Below, piece by piece: positions 47,660 to 60,500 of a stretch of DNA of 64,000 nucleotides. Both the position numbers and the translations under genes were made by a program. The stretch comes from Macrostomum lignano (Eukaryota). The stretch's first letter is position 1. The number at the start of each line of letters is the position of its first letter. The stretch is from NCBI GenBank assembly GCA_002269645.1, contig NIVC01002336.1:1-64000 (forward strand). The letters are read 5' to 3'. Under the pieces are notes generated by a model that was not told where the DNA came from, made no database searches, and saw only the letters and a program-made list of their open reading frames with translations.

Positions 47660-49070
47660 TATGTCCCATACCCCTGTGCCCTCCCACCCACCGGCCCTCC
47701 CATACCCCCTGTGCACTCCCACCCCCCGGCCCTCCCATACCCCCTGTGCACTCCCATACCCCGGCCCTCCCATACCCCTGTGCCCTCCCACCCCCGGCCC
47801 TCCCATACCCCCTGTGCACTCCCATACCCCCTGTGCACTCCCATACCCCGGCCCTCCCATACCCCTGTGCCCTCCCATCTCCCCGGCCCTCCCATACCCC
47901 TGTGCCCTCCCATCCCCCGGCCCTCCCATACTCCCTGTGCACTCCCATACCCCGGCCCTCCATACCCCTGTGCCCTCCCATCCCCCCGGCCCTCCCATAC
48001 TCCCTGTGCACTCCCACCCCCCGGCCCTCCCATACCCCTGTGCCCTCCCATCCCCCGGCCCTCCCATACCCCTGTGCCCTCCCATCCCCCGGCCCTCCCA
48101 TACTCCCTGTGCACTCCCATACCCCCTGTGCACTCCCATACCCCGGCCCTCCCATACCCCTGTGCCCTCCCATCCCCCGGCCCTCCCATACCCCTGTGCC
48201 CTCCCATCCCCCCGGCCCTCCCATACTCCCTGTGCACTCCCATACCCCCTGTGCACTCCCATACCCCGGCCCTCCCATACCCCTGTGCCCTCCCATCCCC
48301 CGGCCCTCCCATACCCCTGTGCCCTCCCATCCCCCCGGCCCTCCCATACTCCCTGTGCACTCCCATACCCCCTGTGCACTCCCATACCCCGGCCCTCCCA
48401 TACCCCTGTGCCCTCCCATCCCCCGGCCCTCCCATACTCCCTGTGCACTCCCATACCCCCTGTGCACTCCCATACCCCTATGCCCTCCCATCCCCCGGCC
48501 CTCCCATACCCCTGTGCCTTCCCATACCCCCTGTGCCCTCCCCATGCACCTTTGTGCCCTTCCCATACCCCCTGTGCCTTCCCCATACACCTCTGTGCCC
48601 TCCCCATACCCCCCTGTGCCCTCCCCATGCACCTCTGTGCCCTCCCCTTACCCCCCTGTTCCCTCCCCATACACCTCTGTGCCCTCCCCATACCCCCATG
48701 TGCCTTCCCCATACACCTCTGTGCCCTCCCCATACCCCCCTGTGCCCTCCCCATACACCTCTGTGCCCTCCCCATACCCCCCTGTGCCTTCCCCATACAC
48801 CTCTGTGCCCTCCCCATACCCCCATGTGCCTTCCCCATACACCTCTGTGCCCTCCCCATACCCCCCTGTGCCTTCCCCATACACCTCTGTGCCCTCCCCA
48901 TACCCCCCTGTGCCTTCCCCATACACCTCTGTGCCCTCCCCATACCCCCTGTGCCTTCCCCATACACCTCTGTGCCCTCCCCATACCCCCCTGTGCCTTC
49001 CCCATACACCTCTGTGCCCTCCCCATACCCCCCTGTGCCTTCCCCATACACCTCTGTGCCCTCCCCATAC
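47660..49070. repeat. C-rich composite minisatellite (CCCATACCCCTGTGCCCT / CCGGCCCT units)
   Basis: Direct reading. Confidence 0.96.
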
Positions 49071-50857
49071 ATTAATAATAAATTAATAATCGATTGAAGT
49101 CTATGCAGACAAAAGCACTCTGCGGTGCCTCAAACGGCGACTGTGTGAACAGCGTTGCAGCGTGTTTCACTGACCAGACTTGAATATCTCTTTTTATATA
49201 GAATTTCAAATCTAATTTCGTTAGCGCGGATGAGTCGTTTTAAAAGGTTTTTTAACCCCCCCCCGCCATTATCCTTGCTAATAAAATATGAGCTACTCTT
49301 ATAGATTGCGCTGAATATATGCCTGTAGATAAATAATATTCCTAATCAATTTTTATTTACTCTTCTAATTTTTCACCCAATTGCGAAGCGACTCGTACAT
49401 AAATGCAACAGTTTTTCCCATTGCGCTACAGAAGCAGAAAAATTCTCTTTTTGGTGTCTTTTTTCCGTGTTCCTCCGCACAAGTCTGAAGCTTTTACCAA
49501 AAACAATTCTATAGCCAAATTAGCCAAATGCTTCAAGTTTCAGGTGTGTAGCAAAATTCACTTTATCTGCCGGGTTGTGTTTTTGAGTTGGGGAAGAGCA
49601 GCGCGTAGGGCAGGCCAGGTTAGCTTGCCTCCTCACAGTTCCATTGGGGAAGATAAGGAACTGCGACCGGTGTCTATGCGACTGACCGGCTGTGTTGGTG
49701 CAGCTGCGGGGGCTGCACTGCGGCACATGCTGTGCTCCCACTGCCTGCCGCACACTGCGCTGCAGCCCCCGCCCCTCCCCCCAGTTCGGGTAAGACACAC
49801 GTGCCCCCAGCTGTCCTTCCAGCCTTCATTCAATAAGTGATCTGTGTCTTAGCCTGCTGAAAAATCGATATAAAAGCTAAAATCGACCAGCTGATTATCG
49901 AAGCAGATTTTGTGGGGCTGGTTGGTGAACGCAGCGAGTGGGTGTGCGGAGCAACAGCGGGGGAGTTAAGCTCGTTTTTTTCTTTCCCTCTCCTCTTTTC
50001 AAATTTTCACTACTCAATAATGACAGTAGTAGGATAGGAATATTGTCTGTGCATGGGAGAAATGATAAATGCCCACTCGTAACACCATTTTTTAGCTGCG
50101 TTGATGAAGCGAATTAAGCATCGAATTACTGTGGACTCTGAGAGTTGATCAAGTGTGAGTCAATCACGGAATCTGAGTAGGGCCCCGACTGCCTCTGTTA
50201 AGTACAAGTGCTCTTCTGATAGATCCTCCGGGAATGCAGCTCATTAATCCAACTGTGGCAGTGTGCAACTTTTGGCTCTAAGGGAAATAACATCAATTTT
50301 TCGGGTGTCTGCAGTTTTTTATCCTCGGTTGCTGGCTCGACAATTGAAGGCAGAAGAGGGGCCGCTGGCCGCTGCTTGGCAACGGGACTGTTTTAGCCAA
50401 GGATCACTAGAAATGGGATAGACTGGACTGTTTGTTTCTAGGAAAGGTTTTGAAGGCTCGCGTTTTATAAGAAATGCATTGGCAAAGTTGGGAACTTCGA
50501 TTTTAGGTGAAAAAATGATGTTTTATTCGAAATCATAAATTAAAAAAATAAAGATTTTCAAAAATCTTAACTTACTGTTTTTAATAAATTTGAAAGTCCC
50601 GATCTCGGCAATGCAAGCCTTTAAATTTTTTCCCTAGAAACGAGTTGTCTCGTCTAAAATCTGGTGGTCCTTGTGTTTTTGGCTGTTATAAAACTATTTT
50701 TTAGACTGAAATTGGTGTTGAATATTCCAGCATCCTGCTTGCATCATTCGAAAGTTTTATTTATCTGTCTAAACAGTGCAAAAACTGTAAACTGTATTGT
50801 ATGCAACGGTTTGGCTTGTCTGTTGATTCAAGCTAAGCCGCACAATGTCGCTGACGC

Positions 50858-51285
50858 AGTATCCAAGGGAATCCCCGCCGTATCCTAGGGAAATCCCCGT
50901 CGTATCCAAGGGAAATTCCCACCGTATCCAAGGAAATCCCGCCGTATCCAAGGGAAATCCCGTCGTATCCAAGGAAATCCCCGCCGTATACTAGGGAAAT
51001 CCCTGCTATATCCAAGTAAATCCCGTCCTTATCTAAGGGAAATCCCCCCTATATCCAAGGGAAATCCCCGTCGTATCTAAGGGAATCCCCGCTATATCCA
51101 AGGGAAATCCCCGTCGTATCCAAGGGAATCCCTACCGTATCGAAGAAAATCCCCTCCTTATCTAAGGGAAATCCCCACTCTATCCAAGGAAAATCCCTAC
51201 CGTATCGAAGAAAATCCCCTCCTTATCTAAGGGAAATCCCCACTCTATCCAAGGAAAATCCTCACCGCTTCCTAGGGAAATCCTA
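50858..51285. repeat. Minisatellite, about 22-bp unit TATCCAAGGGAAATCCCCGTCG
   Basis: Direct reading. Confidence 0.9.
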
Positions 51286-52226
51286 CTGTTTTAAGGGTAA
51301 ATCTGCACTATATTAAATGTTGCTAAGCTGTTGCCATGCGGCTGGTGAGATCGGGATCAGGGCGGCTGTCGGCAGCTGCGAGTCCGTCCGGTACCGGTGC
51401 TCATTCCTAACAGTTGGTGCAAGTGTGGCAGCGGCCGTCAATGTCTGTTGGGCCCCCTAAAAGTCCGGCATGTTTGTGTCATCAACGGTCTGGTCTTTCT
51501 CTCATTTATATCCGAGTATTTGTGTTTATTTTGCAAAAGCCGCGCACCTTTGAAATCTGATTAATAGGGAAATATGGGAGCAAGCGTCTAACAAAGTGAC
51601 AATGAATTTGCAAGCTTCTAACAGTGTTTTAAATATCTTACGGTTGCTGAACGTGTGGGTGACCGGTCTGGTGCATCTCCAGCGCTCTCTGAGCATTTTT
51701 AAACCATTTTCAAAGCATAGCAATAATTTTTCTGCAGGTGTGAAATTTATTTAGCATTTTGGTTGTTTCTGCAATTTCTTTTTTTTCTGACGCCGCGTCA
51801 AAAGTAACAGGTCATCTAGCCCTGGTTTTGTTGCAATTGTGTTTGAAAGCGGGTTAAAGTGTTCGATACCGTGATCTCTGCTGGGACTCGGCTTGCATGA
51901 CAAAGCGGCGCGCTGGTGACAGCTTTTCAGGCACACGCGGCATTCATTCACTATCGATGCGGACACTTTATGTTTTCTACTTGGACAGTTGAGATAGGGC
52001 ACAGTTCTAATGTGCAAGATGTGCTACTTATACGAGACCATAAGTAGGATAACAAATGCAATATTGCAAAATTGCCTTCAATAAAATTTAGCTGTTACAT
52101 GCTAAGAGGTATACTACTGTACTACCGTGTGCACAGGGTCCCAGGAGATCCAGGCCTAAATCCTCAATTAATCCTCCATTCTCAACCGCGGTCGCGCCGC
52201 CGCCACCCCTTCCCAATGTTTTTCAG

Positions 52227-52649
52227 CTGGACTTCTTTCGCAAGGCCGAGTGCCCTGTGCAGTTCGACTCCGAAGGGGTGCTGTTCGTCAACCACAAGGA
52301 CGGCCGCGCCACCGGAGACGCCTTCGTGATATTCGAGAACGAAATCCTGGCGGAGCGGGCACTGCAGAATCACAGGCAGCACATTGGCAACAGGTACATC
52401 GAGCTGTTCAAGTCCACGCCAGCTGAGGTCAACCAGGTGCTGTGCAGCTTCAAGAACCCGCAGCAGGCGGAGAACGGGCACGACAATCCGGCCAACGCGC
52501 CCGGCCTGCTGCCCTTCACTCCGCTGTCGCTGCTGCAGCCGCCAAATTTCTCCAAGATGTTCATCCGCGTCCGCGGCATGCCCGTCGACGCCAGCGTCGC
52601 CGACATTCTCAACTTTTTGGAGGGCCATTCGCAGAATATTGTCTTCCAG
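52227..52649 (+). CDS. ESRP: ESRP exon 7 (RRM2 and start of RRM3)
   Basis: tttttcag|CTG; DGRATGDAFVIF...RYIELFKST...IRVRGMP; CAG|gtgagt. Confidence 0.95.
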
Positions 52650-52674
52650 GTGAGTGCACAAATCTGGCCTCCGC

Positions 52675-53895
52675 GTCCTGGGTCCTGGGTTCGAATTCCA
52701 TTAAGGTTCTGAGTTCGAATTTCATCAAGGTCCTGGGTTCGAATTCCGTTGAGGTCCTCAGTTTAAATTCCATTGAGATCCTGGTTTTAAATTTCATAGA
52801 GGTCCTGGGTTCGAATTCCATCAAGGTCCTGGGTTCAAATTCCATTAAGGTTCTGAGTTCGAATTCCACTGAGGTCCGAGCTCGAATTCCATCAAGGTCC
52901 TGGGTTCGATTTCATTTGAGGTCCTGAGTTGGAATTTCATCAAGATCCTGGGTTCGAATTCATTTGAGGTCCTGAGTTCGAATTTCATCAAGATCCTGGG
53001 TTCAAATTCCACTGAGGTCCTGAGTTCGAATTCAATCGAGGTCCTGAGTTCGAATTCGATTAAGGTTCTGAGTTCGAATTCCATCAAGATGCTAGGGTTC
53101 AAATTCCACTGAGGTCCTGTGTTCGAATTCAATCGAGGTCCTGGGTTCGAATTCGATTAAGGTTCTGAGTTCGAATTCCATCAAGATCCTGGATTCAAAT
53201 TCCACTGAGGTCCTGAGTTCGAATTCAATCGAGGTCCTGGGTTCGAATTCGATTAAGGTTCTGAGTTCGAATTCCATCAAGATCCTGGATTCAAATTCCA
53301 CTGAGGTCCTGAGTTCGAATTCAATCGAGGTCCTGAGTTCGAATTCGATTTAGGTTCTGAGTTCGAATTCCATCAAGATGCTAGGGTTCAAATTCCACTG
53401 AGGTCCTGTGTTCGAATTCAATCGAGGTCCTGGGTTCGAATTCGATTAAGGTTCTGAGTTCGAATTCCATCAAGATCCTGGATTCAAATTCCACTGAGGT
53501 CCTGAGTTCGAATTCAATCGAGGTCCTGAGTTCGAATTCGATTTAGGTTCTGAGTTCGAATTCCATCAAGATGCTAGGGTTCAAGTTCCACTGAGGTCCT
53601 GTGTTCGAATTCAATCGAGGTCCTGGGTTCGAATTCGATTAAGGTTCTGAGTTCGAATTCCATCAAGATCCTGGATTCAAATTCCACTGAGGTCCTGTGT
53701 TCGAATTCAATCGAGGTCCTGGTTTCGAATTCCACTGAGGTCTTGGTTTTGAATTCCATTGAGATCCTGGTTTTGAATTTCATAGAGGTCATGGAGTTTG
53801 AATTTAATTGAGGTCCTAGGTTCGAATTCAATCGAGGTCCTGGGTTCGATTTGTCCGTTGTTAGTGAATTAGAGTGAAAACCTGGGTTCGAATTT
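52675..53895. repeat. Minisatellite, about 21-bp units GAGGTCCTGRGTTCGAATTCCAT with higher-order repeats
   Basis: Direct reading. Confidence 0.94.
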
Positions 53896-53983
53896 CCAAA
53901 AGTTCTAGATATAAAAGATACTAAAGTATCAAAGAAGGTCCGTCCTTAAGAATGTTATATTACCCCGCACGCAACCGCCGCAG

Positions 53984-54697
53984 GGAGTTCACCTGGTGTA
54001 CAATCACATCGGCCAGCCGGCAGGCGAGGCCATCATCCAGATGAGCTCCGAGCTGGCCGCACACATGGCCTGCGAGGCCAAGAACCGCAAGCTGTTCTAC
54101 CTGCCAACCGGCAAGCGCTCCCAGGTAGAGGTCAGCCAGTGCGCGCCGCACGAGGTGCCAACTAATCTCGGCCTTGGCCCCGGCGCTCTCGGCAGTCCGC
54201 CGTCAGCGGCCACCGCCGCCGCAGCCGCCGCGGCAGCCGCGATGCAACAGCAGATGCAGCAGGCGGCCAGCCAGCCCGGCCTGTTCCACCGGCCGCTGCT
54301 CAGCCCCGCCATGTCGGCCGGCACCCTGCTGCCCGTCAGCCAGCCGCACCATCCGGCCACCGGCTTCACCCACCCGCAGCCGATGTTCCACAGTCCGCAG
54401 GCGCCGCCACCGCCGCCGCCGCTGCCGCTAATCCCGGTGTCGCGTCCAGGCGCCATCCAGTTTCCTCACGTGACCCTGCCGTCGCCCATCTCGGCGCCGA
54501 GCCTGCTGGCCAACACGCTGATGGCCTATCCGTACGCGCCGTCGCCGCAGCAGCAGCCGCCGATGCAGCCGGGCTCGTTCATGTACCAGCCCGGCATGCT
54601 CAACACGATGAACACCATCATAGCCAAGGGCCTGCCTAAGGACATCGACTTTCACGAGATTCTGCGCCTGTTCGAGTCCATCTTCGCTTCCAATCCC
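53984..54697 (+). CDS. ESRP: ESRP exon 8 (end of RRM3, Pro/Ala/Gln-rich linker, start of RRM4)
   Basis: cgcag|GGA GTT CAC; GVHLVYN..GQPAGEAIIQM; IIAKGLP; CCC|gtgagt. Confidence 0.93.
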
Positions 54698-54711
54698 GTG
54701 AGTGCCGGCGG

Positions 54712-55258
54712 CGTTTGCACGCATCTATCAAATTGCATACCCTATTTGCACGCATCTATCAAATTGCACACCCTATTTGCACGCATCTTTCAATTTGCAC
54801 AACCTATCTGCACGCATCTATTAAACTTCACACCCTATTTGCACGCATCTATCAAATTGCACACCCTATTTGCACGCATCTTTCAATTTGCACAACCTAT
54901 CTGCACGCATCTATTAAACTTCACACCCTATTTGCACGCATCTATCAAACTGCACACCCTATTTGCACGCATCTTTCAATTTGCACAACCTATCTGCACG
55001 CATCTATTAAACTTCACACCCTATCTGCACGCATCTATCCATTTGCACTTTATTTGCACCATCTATCAAATTGCACACTTTATTTGCACGCATCTATCAA
55101 ATTGCACACTTTATTTGCACGCATCTATCAAGTTGCACACTTTATTTGCACGCATCTATCAAACTGCACACCCTATTTGCACGCATCTATCAAATTGCAC
55201 CCTATTTGTACGCATCTATTCATTTGCACAACCTATTTGCACGCATTTATATGCTTGC
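54712..55258. repeat. Minisatellite, 31-bp unit TGCACGCATCTATCAAATTGCACACCCTATT filling ESRP intron 8
   Basis: Direct reading. Confidence 0.95.
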
Positions 55259-55281
55259 ACGCCGTTGCCGCACGCCCGCAG

Positions 55282-55458
55282 CAAACCATTCCGGACATCA
55301 AGATCGCCATCGGTCCTGACGGCCTCCCATCTGGTGAGGCATTCGTCAGCTTCTCCTCGCGCCACGAGGCGGAGCGCGCGGTGAACGAGTGCAACCGGCA
55401 GCAGGTTCGGCAGCACTGCGTTGAGCTCATGATGGCCCAGCCGGTCATGGCCGTCTGA
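55282..55458 (+). CDS. ESRP: ESRP exon 9 (end of RRM4, stop)
   Basis: cccgcag|CAA; DGLPSGEAFVSF...AERAV...VELM; TGA at 55456-55458. Confidence 0.92.
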   Translation, partial: QTIPDIKIAIGPDGLPSGEAFVSFSSRHEAERAVNECNRQQVRQHCVELMMAQPVMAV

Positions 55459-56038
55459 AACGGTACCGATTTTTCTTGACGTTGTCTTTTCTCTCAAGTG
55501 TCGCTGCACCCAAACTCGTCTGTTTTTGTTTTTTTAATTGCGCATCATTTTTCTGCTTTTTCTGCTAATCGCCAGCTCGTCCATTTCTGTCAATTTTTTA
55601 AAACGTTTTTCTGCTTCTTATCTCGCTGTATCTGTGTCCTTTATTTACGCCTTTTTAGTTGTCTTTGCCATAGCAACCAGTAGCATCCTGTTAGCAACCG
55701 TTATCAATGTCATTTTTTCCTGTCATTATTATTCATCATGTATTTTCTGAACTGGTCACTGTGTGTCTCCATGGCAACCGCCAGTGCCTTTTCTAGTGCA
55801 GCCTTGGACAGCCGGTGCCCGCAGCCAGCACACACCTGCTACTCGTGCCAAGGACCGGGTCAGTAAGTGCTGAACTACAGTGTACAGCTGCTAAGACTGC
55901 TGTCATTACCTAGTTACTCATGTAGTCATTGTTTACTATATGTAGGCTTTTATTTCCCCCTTTTCCCCATCGTTTTAAGCTTAATAAGATGGCTATGCTC
56001 AGTTAGAGAACAGACATTCTAGGATTAAAGACAGGTTA

Positions 56039-56190
56039 GGCCAGAGGCAAAACGCAAATTTGCGTTGCTGCTGCAGTCAGCTGAAGGCTGTCCATCCGTG
56101 CAAAGTTGCTGTCTTGAATTATGCTGGCTCTCAGGTCTCTGACAAAACTCTGAGGCCATAAATTGCAGATTTGCGTTTTGTCTCTGGGCC
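56039..56190. mobile_element. 152-bp MITE, PIF/Harbinger (Tourist)-like, downstream of the ESRP stop
   Basis: TIR core CCAGAGGCAAAACGCAAAT / ATTTGCGTTTTGTCTCTGG (18 of 19 match), GGCC termini, flanks TTA and ATA. Confidence 0.65.
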
Positions 56191-58534
56191 ATATATACTT
56201 AGTAAAACAGCTTTCTACTTTCAGTTCAGTAGCAAAGAAGAATACGTAAGCTATTTTTAAGCAGCTGGAATGACTTTGTTAAGTTTAGAAGCCTGCCAGG
56301 CGCAAACAACTTGCTAATTGGTTCAGCAATAATGTACATTGGCCAGTCCACTGGAATGTACATGGCAGCTTAGGCTGGAATTCCGAAAAAGGCAATAAAA
56401 ACTGAGGCGGGGCGGGGGTAGTGTGGAAAGGCGCGGTTGGAGGGTTTAAGCTAGGGAGTAAGAGCCAATAAATGAGCGTTGCTTTTAAAAATACACTAAA
56501 ATGCTTCTGTTTAATTTACTACTGAACTGAAAGTAGTTTACACGTAACTGTGCTGAGACAGGCCAACCTGTCTTTGCTAGTAGGCTGTCAACTTTGGCTG
56601 TCCGTTTCTCTATCTTATAGCGCGACAAAAAAGCTATACTAAAAACACTGCACTGGCCAAATCAGTCAGTTGGTTATACTACTTTCATTATAAGCATCTG
56701 CTTAGACTTTTCCGTTTAAATTTGCGATTGAGCGAAAAAAATTAACAAATTAGTTATCAGCTTTTTACGTAGTCTATGGCCAGATCAAGTGTTTTAAGTG
56801 TATTAAGCTTATAATATATATGCTTTTTGTGTGCAATACTGAAAAGCATAAACTGACAACTATTATTTATCTATCAGTGTTGTTGTAGTACGTTTCTAGT
56901 TGCAGATCTGTTTGTTTATTAGTCGCATTTACCTTCTAAAATCTTTTGTTAATAAAACCAAGCCGATTAATTATTAATGGTTTAAATCAGCATTAATTTC
57001 AACATTCCTCTGTATGCCACCTTGCGAGCCGTTATTAAGGCATATCGTGATTGGAGACCGGCTTGTTGTGAGGCCTCTAATTCACCTTGCGGACCAAAAT
57101 TACCTGCGAACTTGTCTGTTGTTATTATTATTTTATAATGATAACTTACTTTTGTTACAATAATGCCTATTAACTTCAATTTAAAACCAAGGACCACTGG
57201 TATGATATGTGGATTTATAACCCCGTGGAAAAGAATTTTTCTCGTCCTGAAATGGTCTATGGCAAAACCTCATTTGATGAGACGCCAACGCACCGGACTA
57301 AAAACCTCTTTTTAAAGTGTTTACAAGGTTTTTCTGTTGGCCAGATATTTGCCACCAGTAATCCTTGGTTTTTCCCCTCCAAATTATTAGTGCAGTCATT
57401 CAGTAACTCATGTTTCTGTGTTAGTTATCAACCCTCGCCTAGTGCTGCCTCTGTTTTAGTCAGCTTTTACACTACATGCTACTCACCCCAGCCCTACTTG
57501 AGCACATTATTGCATTTTTTTAATTTTGTCGCCTATAGATCATGTCTCAGAGCCGGACATGCTAAACATGGGCACTGGACAGCCCGCATTCAAATCTTTG
57601 TCTTCCACTGTGTACAGATTGAGTTTCGAGCAGATTGAGAGTGAAAGAGAGACAGTCAGCCTCGGCAGAACACTTGTCCTTCCTCATTGCATCCCAATTA
57701 TTCTATAACTACTGGTTGCTGTCTCTCTTCTGCGTTTCCAGGAAATTGTTCGGTTCTGTTTTGCTGCTTCTGTTTCATCTTGTTGCTGTTATTGTTGTTG
57801 TCTGTTTTAAATTTTTTGTTATTTGCGTTTCGCTGGATATTTTGCTCCGCTACATACTACTGCTGCTTCATTTTTAACCTTTGTCCAATTATCTTGCTTT
57901 GCTTTTAGTAGTTAGAAGAAGAAGAAGAAGAGTTAGAAAAAAAATAACAATAAAAATAGCAACACCAAGCCTAATTTATATGCACATGCTGATCAAATAA
58001 TTAATTATTAATTCTGGTGACGGAGTTTTACTATCCAATTATTTTTGCATATCCGGTTGCGGGTTTTTTGCGAGCACTTGCTAATCTTTATTACGGTAAT
58101 TATTATATTTACTAACATTATTATTATAAGAAAACACCAGCTTGGTACTTGAATGGCTTACAACTGGTGCAGGTGTCAATTTAAAAAAGCGATTATTTTA
58201 TTCTGCCCCGCTGATTGGCTGGTGACTGGAACCCCCACCCCCCTCCGGATGCTGAGAGGCCATCTTAATTGCTAGGGCTGTGCAAAACTATTTCAATAAC
58301 CAACTGCAATTAACGGCTTAACCGCCTGCGTATCTAAAATTTAAGCATTCCTGTGAGCCAAGATCGAATGGAAGATTTACAGATATCTAAATATAACTAA
58401 TTATTGTTATTATGCTCTAATAATAACAGACATCAATTTTTGTGACAACCTTAAACAGCTCTGCCCTGTGCTTTCATTTCAAGCCTTAAAAAGTATAAAA
58501 AATACTGACAATCTACTCCTGAGAATAGATCAAC

Positions 58535-58990
58535 CATATACCTGAGAATAGATCTCTCATCATACAATCTATGCATGAGAATAGATCTCTCATCATACAA
58601 TCTATGCATGCGAATAGATCTCTCATCATACAATCTATGCATGAGAATAGATCTCCCATTATACAATCTATACCTGAGAATATATCTCCCATCATACAAT
58701 CTATGCATGAGAATAGATCTCTCATCATACAATCTATGCATGAGAATAGATCTCTCATCATACAATCTATGCATGCGAATAGATCTCTCATCATACAATC
58801 TATGCATGAGAATAGATCTCCCATTATACAATCTATACCTGAGAATAGATCTCCCATCATACAATCTATGCATGAGAATAGATCTCCCATCATACAATCT
58901 ATGCATGAGAATAGATCTCCCATCATACAATCTACATGTGTATGCATGAGAATAGATCTCCCATCCTACAATCTACAAGTTCTGAAAATA
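58535..58990. repeat. Minisatellite, 33-bp unit GAGAATAGATCTCTCATCATACAATCTATGCAT
   Basis: Direct reading. Confidence 0.96.
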
Positions 58991-59413
58991 GATCTACATG
59001 TAAATAAGAATCAAATAAGCCTAGTCTACAACCGAAAGAATGTAGGAAAACTTGGACAACAAAGGGCACAGATTATGCAGATAATCAGAACCACGAATTT
59101 TACATTGCAAGGAGCATGCAAAATTCGCCAATAAAAAGGAGATTTGTATATGTTAAATATATATTTTAGCGTCAATTTGTATTGTACTTTAGCAATTCTG
59201 TCTGCAATTTGGCCGTCCTCTATGAGCTTTAAAATATATGTCGCAGAAAGTGAAAAAAATCCTTCGGAAATTCCTGGCCCATGAGTTTTGTTTAACTCGA
59301 ATATTTTTGGCTCCAGTTTAAAACCAAGCAAATTTGAACATTTGGGTCGGCACGGTGGTATTACGTATTAAAAGAATTAAATTAACCGTTTCTTGGAAAA
59401 AGTCCAAGGATAA

Positions 59414-59710
59414 TCAAGGCTGGTCATTGGGCTCCTGAACAACCAACAGCAGGTAGTCCGGGGAGGGCGCCACCATGATCTCGTTCTTTTTGGAGCGGAT
59501 TCGTAGGAAGGTCAAATCGTTGCCGGGGTCAAGGTCGCGCACGGCCGACTTTGCCTTCTGAGCCAGCTGCTGAATCAGCGCGCAGTACTGCACGGTGACG
59601 TCATTCTCGGCGAATGAACTCCGGATTGGAATGCCGTCGTAGCTCACAATAATGGCGCCGATCACACCCTTGTGCGACAGGATGCGCTTGAAGGTTTCCT
59701 CGACTTCAGC
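59414..59710 (-). CDS. DYNLRB: Dynein light chain roadblock type; main coding exon (initiator ATG not in this exon)
   Basis: atttcag|GCT GAA GTC: [18 protein letters not shown]...DGIPIRS...[34 protein letters not shown]...*; 98 aa plus stop. Confidence 0.96.
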   Translation of the reverse strand, partial: AEVEETFKRILSHKGVIGAIIVSYDGIPIRSSFAENDVTVQYCALIQQLAQKAKSAVRDLDPGNDLTFLRIRSKKNEIMVAPSPDYLLLVVQEPNDQP

Positions 59711-60309
59711 CTGAAATATCGAGGTGTTTCTATACGCGTTATTACTATAGTAGTGCAGTTTGAAAGTGACATGATTTTGGCTTAGCTTTGACGAAGAAAG
59801 TCCTGTGAAGATTATTAATTTTGTCTAGACTGCGGGAATTAAGAACATAATTCAAGAGCTTGATTAGCAACCCATTCTATAACTTCATCTGTGGTATGGC
59901 CTAAAGAAATGATAAAGTTAAAAAGACAAAGACTTGTATTTGGTATGGCCAAACACGAATAATATTGAGACACGAGCTCATTTATTAAAACGACTTATAT
60001 GCTCTGACATGACAAAAATTGCAGCGTTTAGGTGGCCAGACAAAATAAGCCACTAGATAACGAAGCTTGTAGTAAGTTAAGCAAGTAATGGGAAGTGGAC
60101 AGACTAGGCTATGCTAGCGAATGAATGAGTTGCAGCTTTCTTCTAAAAATACTTTTACGGTTTTAGTTACATTATTAAGCTTAAACATGGCTAAAAAGCA
60201 GCTAATGTATATATTTATAAATTGCATAAACTCTTTAACTATGACTAAGAACTATTTGCAATGCTTCTATATTCTATATTCAGTAGGCATTTACATACAA
60301 AAGTAAAAA

Positions 60310-60500
60310 TCACTTGTCAGCCAAATAGCGCTCGGAGACGGTGCGAGAGGCAAATAAAAGGAAGCCCCAAGCAATAAACACGATGCAGACTAGAAGGAAA
60401 TTGAGGAAAAGGCCAATGGTGTGCCGGCTGTACGCGTACATAGTCTGAGTCTGAGTTGGGTGAGCAGCTGAAATTGTTTGTTGGTGCTCTTTGATAGCCA
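60310..60500 (-). CDS. Probable terminal exon of an unidentified membrane protein
   Basis: aatttacag|TG; ...MYAYSRHTIGLFLNFLLVCIVFIAWGFLLFASRTVSERYLADK*. It is a GC-richer island with a roughly 22-aa hydrophobic stretch. Upstream exons are unresolved. Confidence 0.45.

Larger units (their letters stand above)
38939..55458 (+). other. ESRP: Epithelial splicing regulatory protein (ESRP/fusilli) gene; nine coding exons; 796 aa
   Basis: Exons 38939-39067, 40245-40418, 40981-41218, 44300-44389, 45443-45497, 46707-47097, 52227-52649, 53984-54697 and 55282-55458 sum to 2391 nt with consistent phases. DnaQ-like N-terminus plus four RRMs. Confidence 0.95.
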
